A stretch of 64,000 nucleotides of DNA from Patescibacteria group bacterium (GTDB taxonomy: Bacteria; Patescibacteriota; Dojkabacteria; JAKAPS01). The DNA is taken from NCBI GenBank assembly GCA_025450075.1, contig JANWIC010000011.1, positions 902 through 64,901 of the forward strand, written 5' to 3'. The position numbers and the translations under genes are program-made. Shown here one piece after another: positions 29,624-39,888 of this stretch. The notes under the pieces were generated by a model, which did no database searches, was not told where the DNA came from, and saw nothing but the letters and a program-made list of their open reading frames with translations. Position 1 is the stretch's first letter. The number at the start of each line of letters is the position of its first letter.

Positions 29624-29929
29624 TTACATGGCATCAAGATCTCCACCCCAGGAAACTATTAAATCTACTACGTCAGCATTCGTTGTATCTTTTAACCAAT
29701 TGATACTTGAAAGTCTAATTTTATCAGGTAAAGGTTGATTAGTATCACCGTATATAATTACAGTACCATTTTTAGTTTCCATTCCCCAAGCTATTACTAC
29801 TCCATTATCATTTTTCAGTTGTATAACATCTACATATCCAAGCTCTTTCAAAGGGATAAGAACTGTATTTATAAAATCTTGGCATGTACATGTTGATGAA
29901 GACTCATTATCTAAGATCATTTGTTCCAT
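29624..29929 (-). CDS. Hypothetical protein
   Basis: 101-aa ORF filling the gap in a co-oriented run. Confidence 0.55.
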   Translation of the reverse strand: MEQMILDNESSSTCTCQDFINTVLIPLKELGYVDVIQLKNDNGVVIAWGMETKNGTVIIYGDTNQPLPDKIRLSSINWLKDTTNADVVDLIVSWGGDLDAM

Positions 29930-29977
29930 AGGAAAAATTGATTATGTGTTTGTATAGTAGCACAATTGGAAAAGATG

Positions 29978-30517
29978 TCAAATACCAAGTATTTCCCTAT
30001 TAGCTTTCAGGGCATCTATCACATGTTGCATGTGATCTTCGAGTATAATACCTAAAAGTTCTGCTCCTTTAGCCATATCTTCTCTTGAAACGGCTTTTGC
30101 AAATCCTTTATCTTTAAATTTCTTTTTTACACTTGATACTTCCAATCCATCTATAGTCTTTCCCGGACGGACCAAAACACAAGCATATACGAATCCTGAT
30201 AATTCATCGCATGCAAAAAGAGCTTTATCCAATTTTGATTCTATCCTATCTGTATATTTATGTGCTGCAATTGCATGTATCATTGCAGAATTTTCACCTT
30301 TTTGCGAAAGGATTTCAAGACATTTGTCCGGATGGATATCCGGATATTTCTCATAGTCCAAATCATGGAGAAGTCCCGTAATTTCCCATACTTTTTCATC
30401 TTCTGAAAACAGTTTTGCGTATTCTTTCATCGAAGCTGCAACGCATAAACAATGAGTTTTTAGGCTTTCTGATGATAAATATTCGTTTAGTAAAGTTTTC
30501 GCTTCATTATATGTCAT
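29978..30517 (-). CDS. HDIG/HD-domain protein
   Basis: THC, GLLHDLDYE, ACDELSG, KDKGFAK. Confidence 0.88.
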   Translation of the reverse strand: MTYNEAKTLLNEYLSSESLKTHCLCVAASMKEYAKLFSEDEKVWEITGLLHDLDYEKYPDIHPDKCLEILSQKGENSAMIHAIAAHKYTDRIESKLDKALFACDELSGFVYACVLVRPGKTIDGLEVSSVKKKFKDKGFAKAVSREDMAKGAELLGIILEDHMQHVIDALKANREILGI

Positions 30518-30975
30518 TGAATATCGATAATTTTGTATTTATTGATTCCTGTAGGGATACTTACCTGAACAATTTCATCTTTCTTCTTTCCTATTAATGC
30601 TTTTCCAAGAGGTGATTCATTTGATATCGCGTGGTTAAGCGGATCCGCATCAACCGGTCCAACAATTTTGAAAATGACTTTTTTAGAATGACCAATTCCT
30701 TTTAATACGACAGTTGAACCTAAACGAACTTTTCCCGATTTTCTTTCTTTTATAATGCTGGCATTTTCGAGTACTTCTTCAATCTCATCAATTTTTTCTT
30801 CAAGGTTAGCCTGTTCTAACAAGACATCTGCATAGGATGAGTCTTCACTTAGGTCGACAGAGTCCCTGTATTGACTGAGCTTGTCAGCAATTACTTTCCT
30901 ATCGATAAGTTTCAAGTTCTTAACCTCTTGTTTTAAGGATTTGAACTTTTCTAATGTTATAAATACTTTTTTCAC
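30514..30975 (-). CDS. GreA/GreB-family elongation factor, divergent copy
   Basis: VDLSEDSSY tip; ISNESPLGKALIG. Confidence 0.85.
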   Translation of the reverse strand: MKKVFITLEKFKSLKQEVKNLKLIDRKVIADKLSQYRDSVDLSEDSSYADVLLEQANLEEKIDEIEEVLENASIIKERKSGKVRLGSTVVLKGIGHSKKVIFKIVGPVDADPLNHAISNESPLGKALIGKKKDEIVQVSIPTGINKYKIIDIQ

Positions 30976-31001
30976 CCTCGATATACAAGATAGAAATGGG
31001 G

Positions 31002-31478
31002 CTATTCGACTTTCTCAATAACGAATTCAACATTTCCTGAAGGGATATGTACTTTTACGACATCTCCTTCTTTCTTGCCGATTAGGGATTTCCCGAGGGG
31101 GGATTTATCGGAAATCCAGCTTTTTTCAGGATCAGATTCTTCTGCCCCTACAATTTTATATTTAACAACTCCTTTTCCATTTTTTAAATGGACGAGAGAT
31201 CCGAGAGAAACAATTCCCCTTACAGAATCTTTTACTACAACGCTATTATGTATCAATCCTTCAAGCTCTTCAATTCGTGCTTCATTAAAGTTCTTTTCTT
31301 CCATTGCAGAAGAATATGCATTGTTTTCAGATAAGTCACCGAATCTTCTTGCTTCATCTATTTTTGTAGCAATTTCATTTCTGGCAACTGTAGTCCGCTC
31401 TTCATACTCTTTTTTCAAAAGATCTAAGCCTTCTTTAGTAATATAACTGGTTGTACTATTTTTTATTCCTTTTTTCAT
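31002..31478 (-). CDS. greA: Transcription elongation factor GreA
   Basis: GDLSENNAY; ISDKSPLGKSLIG. Confidence 0.92.
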   Translation of the reverse strand: MKKGIKNSTTSYITKEGLDLLKKEYEERTTVARNEIATKIDEARRFGDLSENNAYSSAMEEKNFNEARIEELEGLIHNSVVVKDSVRGIVSLGSLVHLKNGKGVVKYKIVGAEESDPEKSWISDKSPLGKSLIGKKEGDVVKVHIPSGNVEFVIEKVE

Positions 31479-31588
31479 TTTAAACTATATAAAAATACAT
31501 ATCCGTTGATATGATTTGACTGATTATACCAAAAAAATCGAATTAGTACACTAACCTCGATTATCCCGTTAATGAAGGAAGAATTACC

Positions 31589-32041
31589 CTAAAAGCCAAG
31601 GATTCGAATTCGTCGGTTACGTACTCGTTTCCCCCGTTTCCTTTTAGGAGGAGTGATGTATGCATGCCAATATTTCCTCATCCATTGCTTGCTTTTTTCA
31701 TGAATCTCGCCAAGTCCCCGAAGCTCCATTTCTTTTTGAATAATACCACCCTGATGGGGATATTTAAATGTTTTTTTCATTTTAGAACTAAAACCATGGA
31801 TATAATGGATGAGCTCATGGGCAATTGTCTCATGGACCACATACTCAGGAACTGATTCATCCATAAAAATACCCGTAATCGTTATCCTGCTGATAGAATC
31901 ATCAACAAGGACGATTGAGCCTAACCTTCTTCCTGATTTCCTTCCGAAGCGGATGAGGATTGGATTACTTTTCGTGACATCTGAAAAATGTTGTTCCCAG
32001 ATGGATACTAATGTATCGTCAAGCCATTTGGCGTCTCGCAT
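31589..32041 (-). CDS. SprT-like zinc metalloprotease
   Basis: RRLGSI, IAHELIHY (HExxH), PHQG. Confidence 0.7.
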   Translation of the reverse strand: MRDAKWLDDTLVSIWEQHFSDVTKSNPILIRFGRKSGRRLGSIVLVDDSISRITITGIFMDESVPEYVVHETIAHELIHYIHGFSSKMKKTFKYPHQGGIIQKEMELRGLGEIHEKSKQWMRKYWHAYITPPKRKRGKRVRNRRIRILGF

Positions 32042-32100
32042 GGGAAACTTGATTAATCACCCAAATTATACTACAGTATATATGAAAAATATATTCATCT

Positions 32101-32472
32101 ATGGAAACAGAAGAAAAACAAATTAAAACTATGCCCCACACTCTTACAAGAGGAATTGGGAAATTTGTTAATAAAGATGAAGGGATAAGTTTGAATATGC
32201 GGATTGTCATCATTATCTGTATTTTCTCATTAATTCTTGTTACGATCGGTACTATTATTCTTCTTAATTCATATAATCCGAAAGCAAAAACACTGAATAG
32301 CTACCAAGTGAAAAAGACAACATCTATTAAGACTGCATTAAAAAATGATATTGTTCTTCCCACTGATTTCACGAAGTCCAGCTTATATGATTTTGAATCG
32401 CAAACCGCTGGCTATACACAAAACCTGAATAAAGACGAACAGGAATACGAACAGATCCAACAATTACAATAA
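32101..32472 (+). CDS. Hypothetical single-TM protein
   Basis: One hydrophobic helix. Confidence 0.7.
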   Translation: METEEKQIKTMPHTLTRGIGKFVNKDEGISLNMRIVIIICIFSLILVTIGTIILLNSYNPKAKTLNSYQVKKTTSIKTALKNDIVLPTDFTKSSLYDFESQTAGYTQNLNKDEQEYEQIQQLQ

Positions 32473-32475
32473 AGC

Positions 32476-33138
32476 ATGAAAAAACTGCCAGTTATTGCAC
32501 TCGTTTTAATTATACTTATTCTTCCTTTTTCCGTCCATGCTTCAGTTCTCTCCGGATCTGATATGATCCAAAAAAGAATGACGGATATAAATTCTTTTAT
32601 AACTGACTATAAAGCAAATACTACATTTGTAAGTTCATCAGATGCACAGCAGATTGAATCACAGTATCAAAGCCTGCTAGCTTCCTTAACCATTATTCAG
32701 GCAAATATAGCAAAAGATAGCGGTGCTAATCTTTCGGATGATATAGATGCCATAAATAAATTAATGGTATATGAAATTAGGCTTCCTCAACTATATAGTG
32801 AACTGTATATATCCAAAGCTTCCTACTTGTATACTAAGTTCGACTTATTTGACAAGAATATTCTCCCGGGGGTTGTCCAAACAATTTCAAAAGAATCCTA
32901 CCAGCAGGGCCTAACTTTATCCAATACTTTCTCTCAAACAATGAGCGATGCACTGATTGAAATACAAAATGTTCGGACTGATTATTTGACCATTGCCCAA
33001 ATACAATCAACAAAAACAGGAGCTGATCTGATAGCTTCTTCAAAAAACATCTTTAAAGATATCCAAACAAGACAAAAAGCATTACTGGCAGATTTCAACG
33101 TTTGTAATACCTCCCTTACCCAGCTTGCTAGCCTGTAA
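32476..33138 (+). CDS. Hypothetical secreted helical protein
   Basis: Signal peptide MKKLPVIAL..VHA. Confidence 0.75.
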   Translation: MKKLPVIALVLIILILPFSVHASVLSGSDMIQKRMTDINSFITDYKANTTFVSSSDAQQIESQYQSLLASLTIIQANIAKDSGANLSDDIDAINKLMVYEIRLPQLYSELYISKASYLYTKFDLFDKNILPGVVQTISKESYQQGLTLSNTFSQTMSDALIEIQNVRTDYLTIAQIQSTKTGADLIASSKNIFKDIQTRQKALLADFNVCNTSLTQLASL

Positions 33139-33949
33139 TAGTAAATAGACTGTCAATTCCATCATAAACTCCGAAAAACAACTTCTTTAGATTCCAGACA
33201 AAGGAAGTATCCGTTTCGAGTTTCGTTTGTGTGAAAGTGATGCATGCAACATCACCATCCATCTCATAAAAATCTCCAGCTGCTGTAAAATTGCCAAAAA
33301 CAGGGGGGTCAAATGCTGCATTCTTTATAGCAGCAACTTTACCAGTTTTAAACAAATCATTTGCCACACGATCTCTCTCAAAATCGAGTATTCCTGATGT
33401 ATGGTGGGTTGGAACATGCGAAGATTGATCAACAATAATTCCGTTATCATAAGAAGCTGCAGCAATCCATATATCATTCCCTTGATACGCATTTCCGGTG
33501 TCCCATAACCTGATATGATCCCGAAACCGGACATCCTTTCCAGGAAATTCAAATGCTAAGTCTTCTTTTCTTCCATATTCATAAAGATTACTTATGGGAG
33601 CTGTAGGATAGGACTTGTGAAGCAGACTATCAATGATTATTTTTTTAGATGAATTAAAAGTAATCGGGTCAGGAACTTTCCAATGAGCTGCTAAAAATGT
33701 TTGAGTTATTTCATTTTTTGATCCGAATATCAGGATGTTTATAGGATCCGCATGAGCAGAATTTTCACTTGTCCCATTTAGTGTATATCGCGGTAAATTG
33801 GAAAAGATATATGTATAATGATAAATTTTTATAAGGAAATAATTTTCAAAGATAAAAATGGTAAAACAAGTAAGGATAATTACAAAGGCAATACTTAATT
33901 TTGTAATGTGATGTCTTGTTGATCTCATATTATTCAGTCTAGCAGTCAT
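33128..33949 (-). CDS. LssY C-terminal-domain protein
   Basis: ADPINI, YPTAPISNLY..GRKEDLAFE, RDHIRLW, WIAAASYD, ERD. Confidence 0.8.
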   Translation of the reverse strand: MTARLNNMRSTRHHITKLSIAFVIILTCFTIFIFENYFLIKIYHYTYIFSNLPRYTLNGTSENSAHADPINILIFGSKNEITQTFLAAHWKVPDPITFNSSKKIIIDSLLHKSYPTAPISNLYEYGRKEDLAFEFPGKDVRFRDHIRLWDTGNAYQGNDIWIAAASYDNGIIVDQSSHVPTHHTSGILDFERDRVANDLFKTGKVAAIKNAAFDPPVFGNFTAAGDFYEMDGDVACITFTQTKLETDTSFVWNLKKLFFGVYDGIDSLFTITG

Positions 33950-34155
33950 TTACTTAGCAAGCAATAGGGGTAATGGAAAAAAGAAAAGAAAAATATGAAA
34001 TATTAAGAATTAGCTCTTTGGTTGGAATATTATGATACAAACTAGTCTCATATGCTTCAACTCAATATGCTTACACCTACTTGTTTAGTACTAGATTTGA
34101 TATGAAGAAATAGAATATTCTCAGTTATTAATAAATTAAATCTGTTTTCTTGCAC

Positions 34156-34803
34156 TTAATAAAAAATACAGTCATCTGGAGTAGCAATTACTAGACATTT
34201 AGCCATTTGATTTAATTCAATAACATTACTATCCGGAGTAATTGGCCCTGAAAAGAATTCAAAAGGAAGAGGATGTGGAAGTATCCGAATACCCCCTATA
34301 TTTTGTGCACTAACCATAAAGCTAAAACATACTTGTGCTTCAGGTGTTTCACCATAATATACAGAATACATTTTAACTATCCATTCATATGGAATTGAAG
34401 TATATGGAGGTGTTATATTGAAAGTAGCATTTGTTATGACTAACGATCGTATTGCATTTTTATCCATAAAGCATTTCAATTCCCCATCATAATCTCCTAA
34501 AATACCATCCAAATCGACAATAGCAGTATTTTCTTTAGAAATACTTGCCCCTCGGGGAAAATCAAGCATACGAGTGAATGCAAAATATAAACCGAAAACT
34601 GAAATGCCTGTCTTTGATTTCAGTTCCCTTTCCAATTCCTTACCTCCGCTAGTTCCACTAAATTTTTGTAATAAGAATGTAACGAATTCGTCTGATATTT
34701 CGTGTCTATCCAAATGAGAATCAATGAAAGCTTGTAATCCTCCTTGTTCTTCTATAAATGCATCCCAAAAAGAATTATTATCTGAAAAGTTTTCTGAAGT
34801 CAT
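34156..34803 (-). CDS. Hypothetical protein
   Basis: 215-aa ORF directly downstream of tRNA-Glu. Confidence 0.6.
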   Translation of the reverse strand: MTSENFSDNNSFWDAFIEEQGGLQAFIDSHLDRHEISDEFVTFLLQKFSGTSGGKELERELKSKTGISVFGLYFAFTRMLDFPRGASISKENTAIVDLDGILGDYDGELKCFMDKNAIRSLVITNATFNITPPYTSIPYEWIVKMYSVYYGETPEAQVCFSFMVSAQNIGGIRILPHPLPFEFFSGPITPDSNVIELNQMAKCLVIATPDDCIFY

Positions 34804-34886
34804 AATTATTATGAAAAATGTAGAATTTATTCCTCAAAATATAAGAAAAACACAGGCTTTGGGGGAATTAAAAGCATTTTTCAATA

Positions 34887-34959
34887 TGACCCTACCGGGA
34901 TTCGAACCCGGATTGTTGGAATGAGAATCCAATGTCCTAAACCATTAGACGATAGGGCC
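34887..34959 (-). tRNA. tRNA-Glu (anticodon CTC), CCA not encoded
   Basis: GGCCCTA/TAGGGTC acceptor stem; TTGGA-TTCTCAT-TCCAA anticodon arm; GGTTCGAATCC T-arm. Confidence 0.95.
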
Positions 34960-35053
34960 TAAAGTACGGTAATTATACTAAGATTGCAGCAATTAGTACA
35001 GTATTGTCTCTCTTTGATGAATTTGTGTACAATGGGGTATATAACAGGCCCAG

Positions 35054-36064
35054 ATGATTAAAGATTTTTTTCTACCAACAGCATCAAATAAATATTATCC
35101 ATTAAGCTTACAACCTCATTTTTTGTATACGTATCTAGTATTTATGGTTATCTTTAATCTGTTTGCGGGTAGATTTCTTTCAGATTTTCCAGCCAGTGTT
35201 CTTGCCCAAAGTACATATTCGGGAAGCGATATTATCAGTCTTGCAAATCAGGATAGATTAGGAGTAGGTCTCACTTCATTAACTGAAAACCAGCTTCTTG
35301 ATAATGCAGCAAGTGCAAAAGCCACGGATATGCTGAAGTATCAATATTGGGCTCATGACAATCCAACTACAGGTGCAACACCATGGTCCTTTATCGTTGC
35401 AAGTGGCTACAGCTATCACTTTGCAGGAGAAAACCTTGCACAAGGGTTCACCACTGCTGCTGATGTCAACACTGCATGGATGAATAGTCCAGAGCATAAA
35501 GCAAATATCTTAAATTCAAATTATACAGAAATTGGTGTGGCTGTTGTAGATGGAGTATTACTTGGCGGGGATGTAACTCTTGTCGTTGAAATGTTCGGAA
35601 CTCCAAATCCAGTTGTTCAACCAACTGCAATTCCTGCGGCAATTATCCAACCTCCAACCGAAACACCAACAACCACCTCGATTCCACTTGTGCATATTCC
35701 TGCGTATGTAACATCCACTCCAACGCCTACATTAACAGAAACAACGACTCTCTCACCAACATTTACTGTCATACCAACTCAGGTTAACAAAACAGTAAAA
35801 GTAGCGTATAATCAAACGAAGAAGGCACAGCAACCAAAAGTTGTCGAGAATATAACGACAAAAATTGAAGGGATGAAATTTACGAATAGAGTAAATTTAT
35901 TTGTAGGAGTATTTCTTCTTATTATTTTTGCATTGGATGCGCTGTACTATTACAGGGTAAGAAATATTCATAAAAATAACAGGCCGAATTCTATTGCTCA
36001 TCTGCCATTACTGATTTTATTAATCATGATGTGCATAATGGGAGCTACTGGAGTAACAATCTAA
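35054..36064 (+). CDS. CAP (SCP/PR-1) domain membrane protein with Pro/Thr-rich linker
   Basis: YWAH, AGENLA, WMNSPEHKANIL, EIGVAV; C-terminal TMs. Confidence 0.9.
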   Translation: MIKDFFLPTASNKYYPLSLQPHFLYTYLVFMVIFNLFAGRFLSDFPASVLAQSTYSGSDIISLANQDRLGVGLTSLTENQLLDNAASAKATDMLKYQYWAHDNPTTGATPWSFIVASGYSYHFAGENLAQGFTTAADVNTAWMNSPEHKANILNSNYTEIGVAVVDGVLLGGDVTLVVEMFGTPNPVVQPTAIPAAIIQPPTETPTTTSIPLVHIPAYVTSTPTPTLTETTTLSPTFTVIPTQVNKTVKVAYNQTKKAQQPKVVENITTKIEGMKFTNRVNLFVGVFLLIIFALDALYYYRVRNIHKNNRPNSIAHLPLLILLIMMCIMGATGVTI

Positions 36065-36065
36065 T

Positions 36066-36878
36066 ATGGGAACTAATTTTGAAAAATATCATAGTGTAAT
36101 ATTTTCTCTTGTTAGTGCAATAGGATTGGAACTGATTGCAATCTTTTATACTTTTCAGGGAATTAACAGCTTTATCATTCTTACGGTACTTTTTTTTATG
36201 GTATTCGTTATTGAAAGCTATTTCAGTTATCAATATGCAAGCCAGCTTAAATCAAAACTTCCTCTTCCCCATCTAGTAGATGAAATTAAGCATATCCATA
36301 TTAGCCATCATATACTCCTTCCCTTTTTGCTTTATTCAAGTATCTGCGCATTCATATTTTTTAATGGAATGCTCTTTCAAACCCAACTAATTATTTTCAT
36401 TGGGATGCTGACGTTCTTCTCCATTTTTGAAGGACAAAGAACAAGTTTTCGAAAAGAATTTATATTTGATGAGCCATTACACTATATTTACGACTCAATA
36501 AAAATTATCATATATTTTTTGGGAATTGATTGCATAATTCAAGGCTCAATATATTTTTCTTGGAATCAACTAATATTTTTTATTCTTTCAGAGGTTCTCG
36601 CATTTACTTTATTCCTTCTTATCATTGTCAGGAAATCACAATTTAACAGTATCGGCATGCTCTATATTTTTGCTGCCTCTGTTCTCATTTCCCTGGTTAC
36701 ACTTACACTTATGCCACATGTTACTATCGCGACTGCAGCTATTCTCTCATCAGTCTTGTATTATTTACTAGTGGGATTGATTCATCATAAGATAAATGCA
36801 TCACTTACCGCAGCTGTCATTAGCGAATATGTGATTATTGCACTCATTGTAATACTCGCAGTAAAGGGAATTTCCTAA
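36066..36878 (+). CDS. Polytopic membrane protein
   Basis: About 8-9 hydrophobic segments; 1 nt after the CAP gene stop. Confidence 0.75.
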   Translation: MGTNFEKYHSVIFSLVSAIGLELIAIFYTFQGINSFIILTVLFFMVFVIESYFSYQYASQLKSKLPLPHLVDEIKHIHISHHILLPFLLYSSICAFIFFNGMLFQTQLIIFIGMLTFFSIFEGQRTSFRKEFIFDEPLHYIYDSIKIIIYFLGIDCIIQGSIYFSWNQLIFFILSEVLAFTLFLLIIVRKSQFNSIGMLYIFAASVLISLVTLTLMPHVTIATAAILSSVLYYLLVGLIHHKINASLTAAVISEYVIIALIVILAVKGIS

Positions 36879-36882
36879 CTAA

Positions 36883-38172
36883 TTAATATAATGCATAAGC
36901 ATCACCCATTTCACTGAGTGAATAGTATTCATGGGTTCCGCCTCCAGTACCGAGGAATGTTAATCCTGAGCCATACCATGGGTCGTTGATGAGGTAATTA
37001 CCTCCGCCCAGTACCTGGTAAAGAACAACCCAGTGTTCACCTGACGGAGCACTTAGATAGACAATAACCGGATGTCCTTGATTAATTTGAGAATCGATAT
37101 CTGATTGACTATATAGTAAATGTGGGCCGATCGGTAAGCTTGGCCATGCAGCCATATAGTTTCCACTGAACCATGTTCGTGCAGCAATCTCCGGTGGGGT
37201 ATATCCAGCGCCTAATTCTTTAGTTGCTACCATTGCAATATCTGTTATAAGACAGCCATAGGTCATATCGATCGATGTTCCATACATACCCTGGAGTCTT
37301 CCATAACACTGTTGGTTAAAGTACCACCAATTTCCTGCAACACATCCTGTATTTCCACCATATACTGCCACCTGCATTGAGTTCATCTGGCTGACAAGCT
37401 CCTCATATTTTACCTGGTCAGAGCTTAATTGATGGGTTATTGAATTTTTTGAATAATTTAAAGAAGCAAGCTGAGTTTGCAATTGTGATTGCTGATCCTT
37501 TAGGCCATTTTGTTCGTTAACTAATTGTGATTGAGCTGTAGCCAGATCAGCTTCCTGAACACTCAAATCATTTAATTTCTGTTGCATGGTAAACTGATTA
37601 TCTTTCATCTGGCTTAACAAATCAGAATCTTGTTTTCTGGTATTGGTAAAATATTCCAGGTTTGCGAATACATCAGTAATAGATTTATTCCCTAATGTAA
37701 TTAACAAAGGATCGACATAGGAGTTTTCATAACTTATTCGCGCTCGCTGTACAAAATCTGCATACAACGAATTGATTTTTGCATTTAATGCATCAATTTG
37801 TGTTTTCTCATCAGAAATGGATTGGTTTAACAAATCAATTTGCGATTGTTTTTCAGATATTAATTGCTGTTTTTGCGAAATGATATCCTGCAATTGGGAA
37901 ATAGTTTGGGTATTGGATTGTATCTTTCCTTGCAATGATTGTAACTGGCCGACTTCCTGTTGAATTCGAGTGCTTAACTGGGACATCTGACCTTGCAATT
38001 GGTTTATTTCATTCCATAATCCTGAATTTGACTGGGCATTAATATCTGCCGGTTTTGTATAGATGCTTGATGCGGAAATAATTGCGATACACGCAGTGAA
38101 AAAAATAATAGTTTTCCTTTTTAATTTCTTTTTTAGTATTTGTTTATCAGGGAGCAGTTTCATATATTTCAA
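36883..38172 (-). CDS. PcsB/CwlO-like coiled-coil protein with C-terminal C39-like cysteine peptidase
   Basis: Signal/TM; long Gln-rich coiled coil with RARISYE; FNQ..GCLIT..HWVV..INDPW. Confidence 0.75.
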   Translation of the reverse strand: MKYMKLLPDKQILKKKLKRKTIIFFTACIAIISASSIYTKPADINAQSNSGLWNEINQLQGQMSQLSTRIQQEVGQLQSLQGKIQSNTQTISQLQDIISQKQQLISEKQSQIDLLNQSISDEKTQIDALNAKINSLYADFVQRARISYENSYVDPLLITLGNKSITDVFANLEYFTNTRKQDSDLLSQMKDNQFTMQQKLNDLSVQEADLATAQSQLVNEQNGLKDQQSQLQTQLASLNYSKNSITHQLSSDQVKYEELVSQMNSMQVAVYGGNTGCVAGNWWYFNQQCYGRLQGMYGTSIDMTYGCLITDIAMVATKELGAGYTPPEIAARTWFSGNYMAAWPSLPIGPHLLYSQSDIDSQINQGHPVIVYLSAPSGEHWVVLYQVLGGGNYLINDPWYGSGLTFLGTGGGTHEYYSLSEMGDAYALY

Positions 38173-38190
38173 ATATTTTTCACATCTATT

Positions 38191-39111
38191 CTAACTCAAT
38201 TTGCTACGTATAGCAATGAAACTCCCAATTGAGCCTACCAAACCGCCAAGAACCATTTCCCCTAAAATGACTAAAAGAATTTGTTCAACTCCTATGGCAG
38301 GAACAGGAATTCCTTTGAAGTATGAAAGAAGAACAATATAGGTAGATGAATAGAATCGAGTAAGAACGAAATACAAAATCCCTACCATTAAAATCGATAC
38401 AAATGCACCGATAATACCATAAATCGCTCCTTCCACAATATATGGAAGTTCAATAAATGAACGTGTGGCACCCACGAGTTCCATTATTTCAATTTCATCA
38501 GAATGAGATGTAAGAGCAATTCCAATTGTAATCCAAATAATGAGGAGAGAAATGCCTGCTAGGAACGAAATGAATGCAAGCGCAGAAATCCTGACAACTT
38601 TAATGAATTCTTTCAAAAAGTCTTCGACATTTTTGTAATACAATATCTTATCAATATTTTTGCTTTGATTTTGGTAGGAATACAAAACATTTGCAATCTT
38701 TTGCAAATCATCAATATTTGTTGTTTTAATTTCCAAACTAGGAGGAAGCTTATCCTCATTAACTGATTGAGATAAAGAAGGGCTATCCTGTTTTAGGAAA
38801 GTCAAATATTTCACATAAGCCTCATGTTTTGATACATAATGAATTTGCGTAGGGACATGTTCTGCAAGAACTGCATTTTTTATCGTATTCATATAGTCAT
38901 CAGCGTATGTGTCGGGATTAAAAAAAACTATAATTTGAGATTGGTTTTCAAAATAGTTAAGGATAATTCCAGCTCCGTAAAGAGATACAATAAAAAGAGA
39001 GGAAACAAAAAAAGTCAAAGCCATAATCAAAATCGAAGCAGCTGATAATTTTGCATTTCTTCTAATATGCAGGTAACTTGTGCGAATAATTCGAGATAGG
39101 TTTAACATCAT
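38191..39111 (-). CDS. ftsX: Cell division permease FtsX
   Basis: Four TMs; LPPSLEI; EIEIMELVGAT..PYIVEG. Confidence 0.93.
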   Translation of the reverse strand: MMLNLSRIIRTSYLHIRRNAKLSAASILIMALTFFVSSLFIVSLYGAGIILNYFENQSQIIVFFNPDTYADDYMNTIKNAVLAEHVPTQIHYVSKHEAYVKYLTFLKQDSPSLSQSVNEDKLPPSLEIKTTNIDDLQKIANVLYSYQNQSKNIDKILYYKNVEDFLKEFIKVVRISALAFISFLAGISLLIIWITIGIALTSHSDEIEIMELVGATRSFIELPYIVEGAIYGIIGAFVSILMVGILYFVLTRFYSSTYIVLLSYFKGIPVPAIGVEQILLVILGEMVLGGLVGSIGSFIAIRSKLS

Positions 39112-39117
39112 AATTCG

Positions 39118-39795
39118 TTATTCAAGATATCCTCCTTTTGAATCTCTTACCAATTTTCCACCTTCGATAGCAAGTACTCGTTTTTGTAATGAATTAACCA
39201 CATCAGTAGCATGAGTAGCCATTATGACCGTGGTTCCCCAGTTATTGATTTTGTTTAAGAGTTGTATGATATCCCATTGCATAGATGGGTCAAGATTTCC
39301 CGTCGGTTCATCTGCTATTAATACTTGTGGATCATTAATCATAGCCCTCGCTATTGCGGTTCTTTGTCGTTCTCCTCCGGATAACTGATTAGGAAAGTTT
39401 TTTGCTTTTGTAGTAAGATCAACAAGTTCTAACATATAGTCGACGGATTTTTTAATTTCTGCCTGAGGCTTACCCGCTACTTCCATAGCAAAAGCAACAT
39501 TCTCATATACAGTTTTTGTCGGAAGCAGTTTATAGTCTTGGAAAACAACACCAATTTCACGACGTAAATGCGGTAATCCCTTATTTTTTAATTTCACCAC
39601 ATCAAATCCGGCAAATTTAATACTTCCCGTTGATGGAAGTTCTTCTCGAATCAAAAGTCTAATAATGGTTGATTTTCCTGCGCCTGATGGACCAACGACA
39701 AAGATAAATTCTCCTTCAGCTATGGTAAAAGATACATCATCAAGAGCGATAATATTCTGGTTATACTTTTTTGTTACGTTTTGAAATGTAATCAT
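39118..39795 (-). CDS. ftsE: Cell division ATP-binding protein FtsE
   Basis: GPSGAGKST, LRREIGVVFQD, LSGGE, ADEPTGNLD. Confidence 0.95.
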   Translation of the reverse strand: MITFQNVTKKYNQNIIALDDVSFTIAEGEFIFVVGPSGAGKSTIIRLLIREELPSTGSIKFAGFDVVKLKNKGLPHLRREIGVVFQDYKLLPTKTVYENVAFAMEVAGKPQAEIKKSVDYMLELVDLTTKAKNFPNQLSGGERQRTAIARAMINDPQVLIADEPTGNLDPSMQWDIIQLLNKINNWGTTVIMATHATDVVNSLQKRVLAIEGGKLVRDSKGGYLE

Positions 39796-39888
39796 ACTAT
39801 TTTCCTATACAGCATAATCTATTATTGCTATATTTTCAAGGCTTAAAAGAATAAAATACTGAAGAAACAGGAATAATAGTAGTATTTA

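Noticed and set aside
33128-34959. Possible island integrated at the 3' end of tRNA-Glu (orphan ORF, AT-rich spacer)
   Set aside because: No integrase and no duplicated tRNA 3' end (att site) seen
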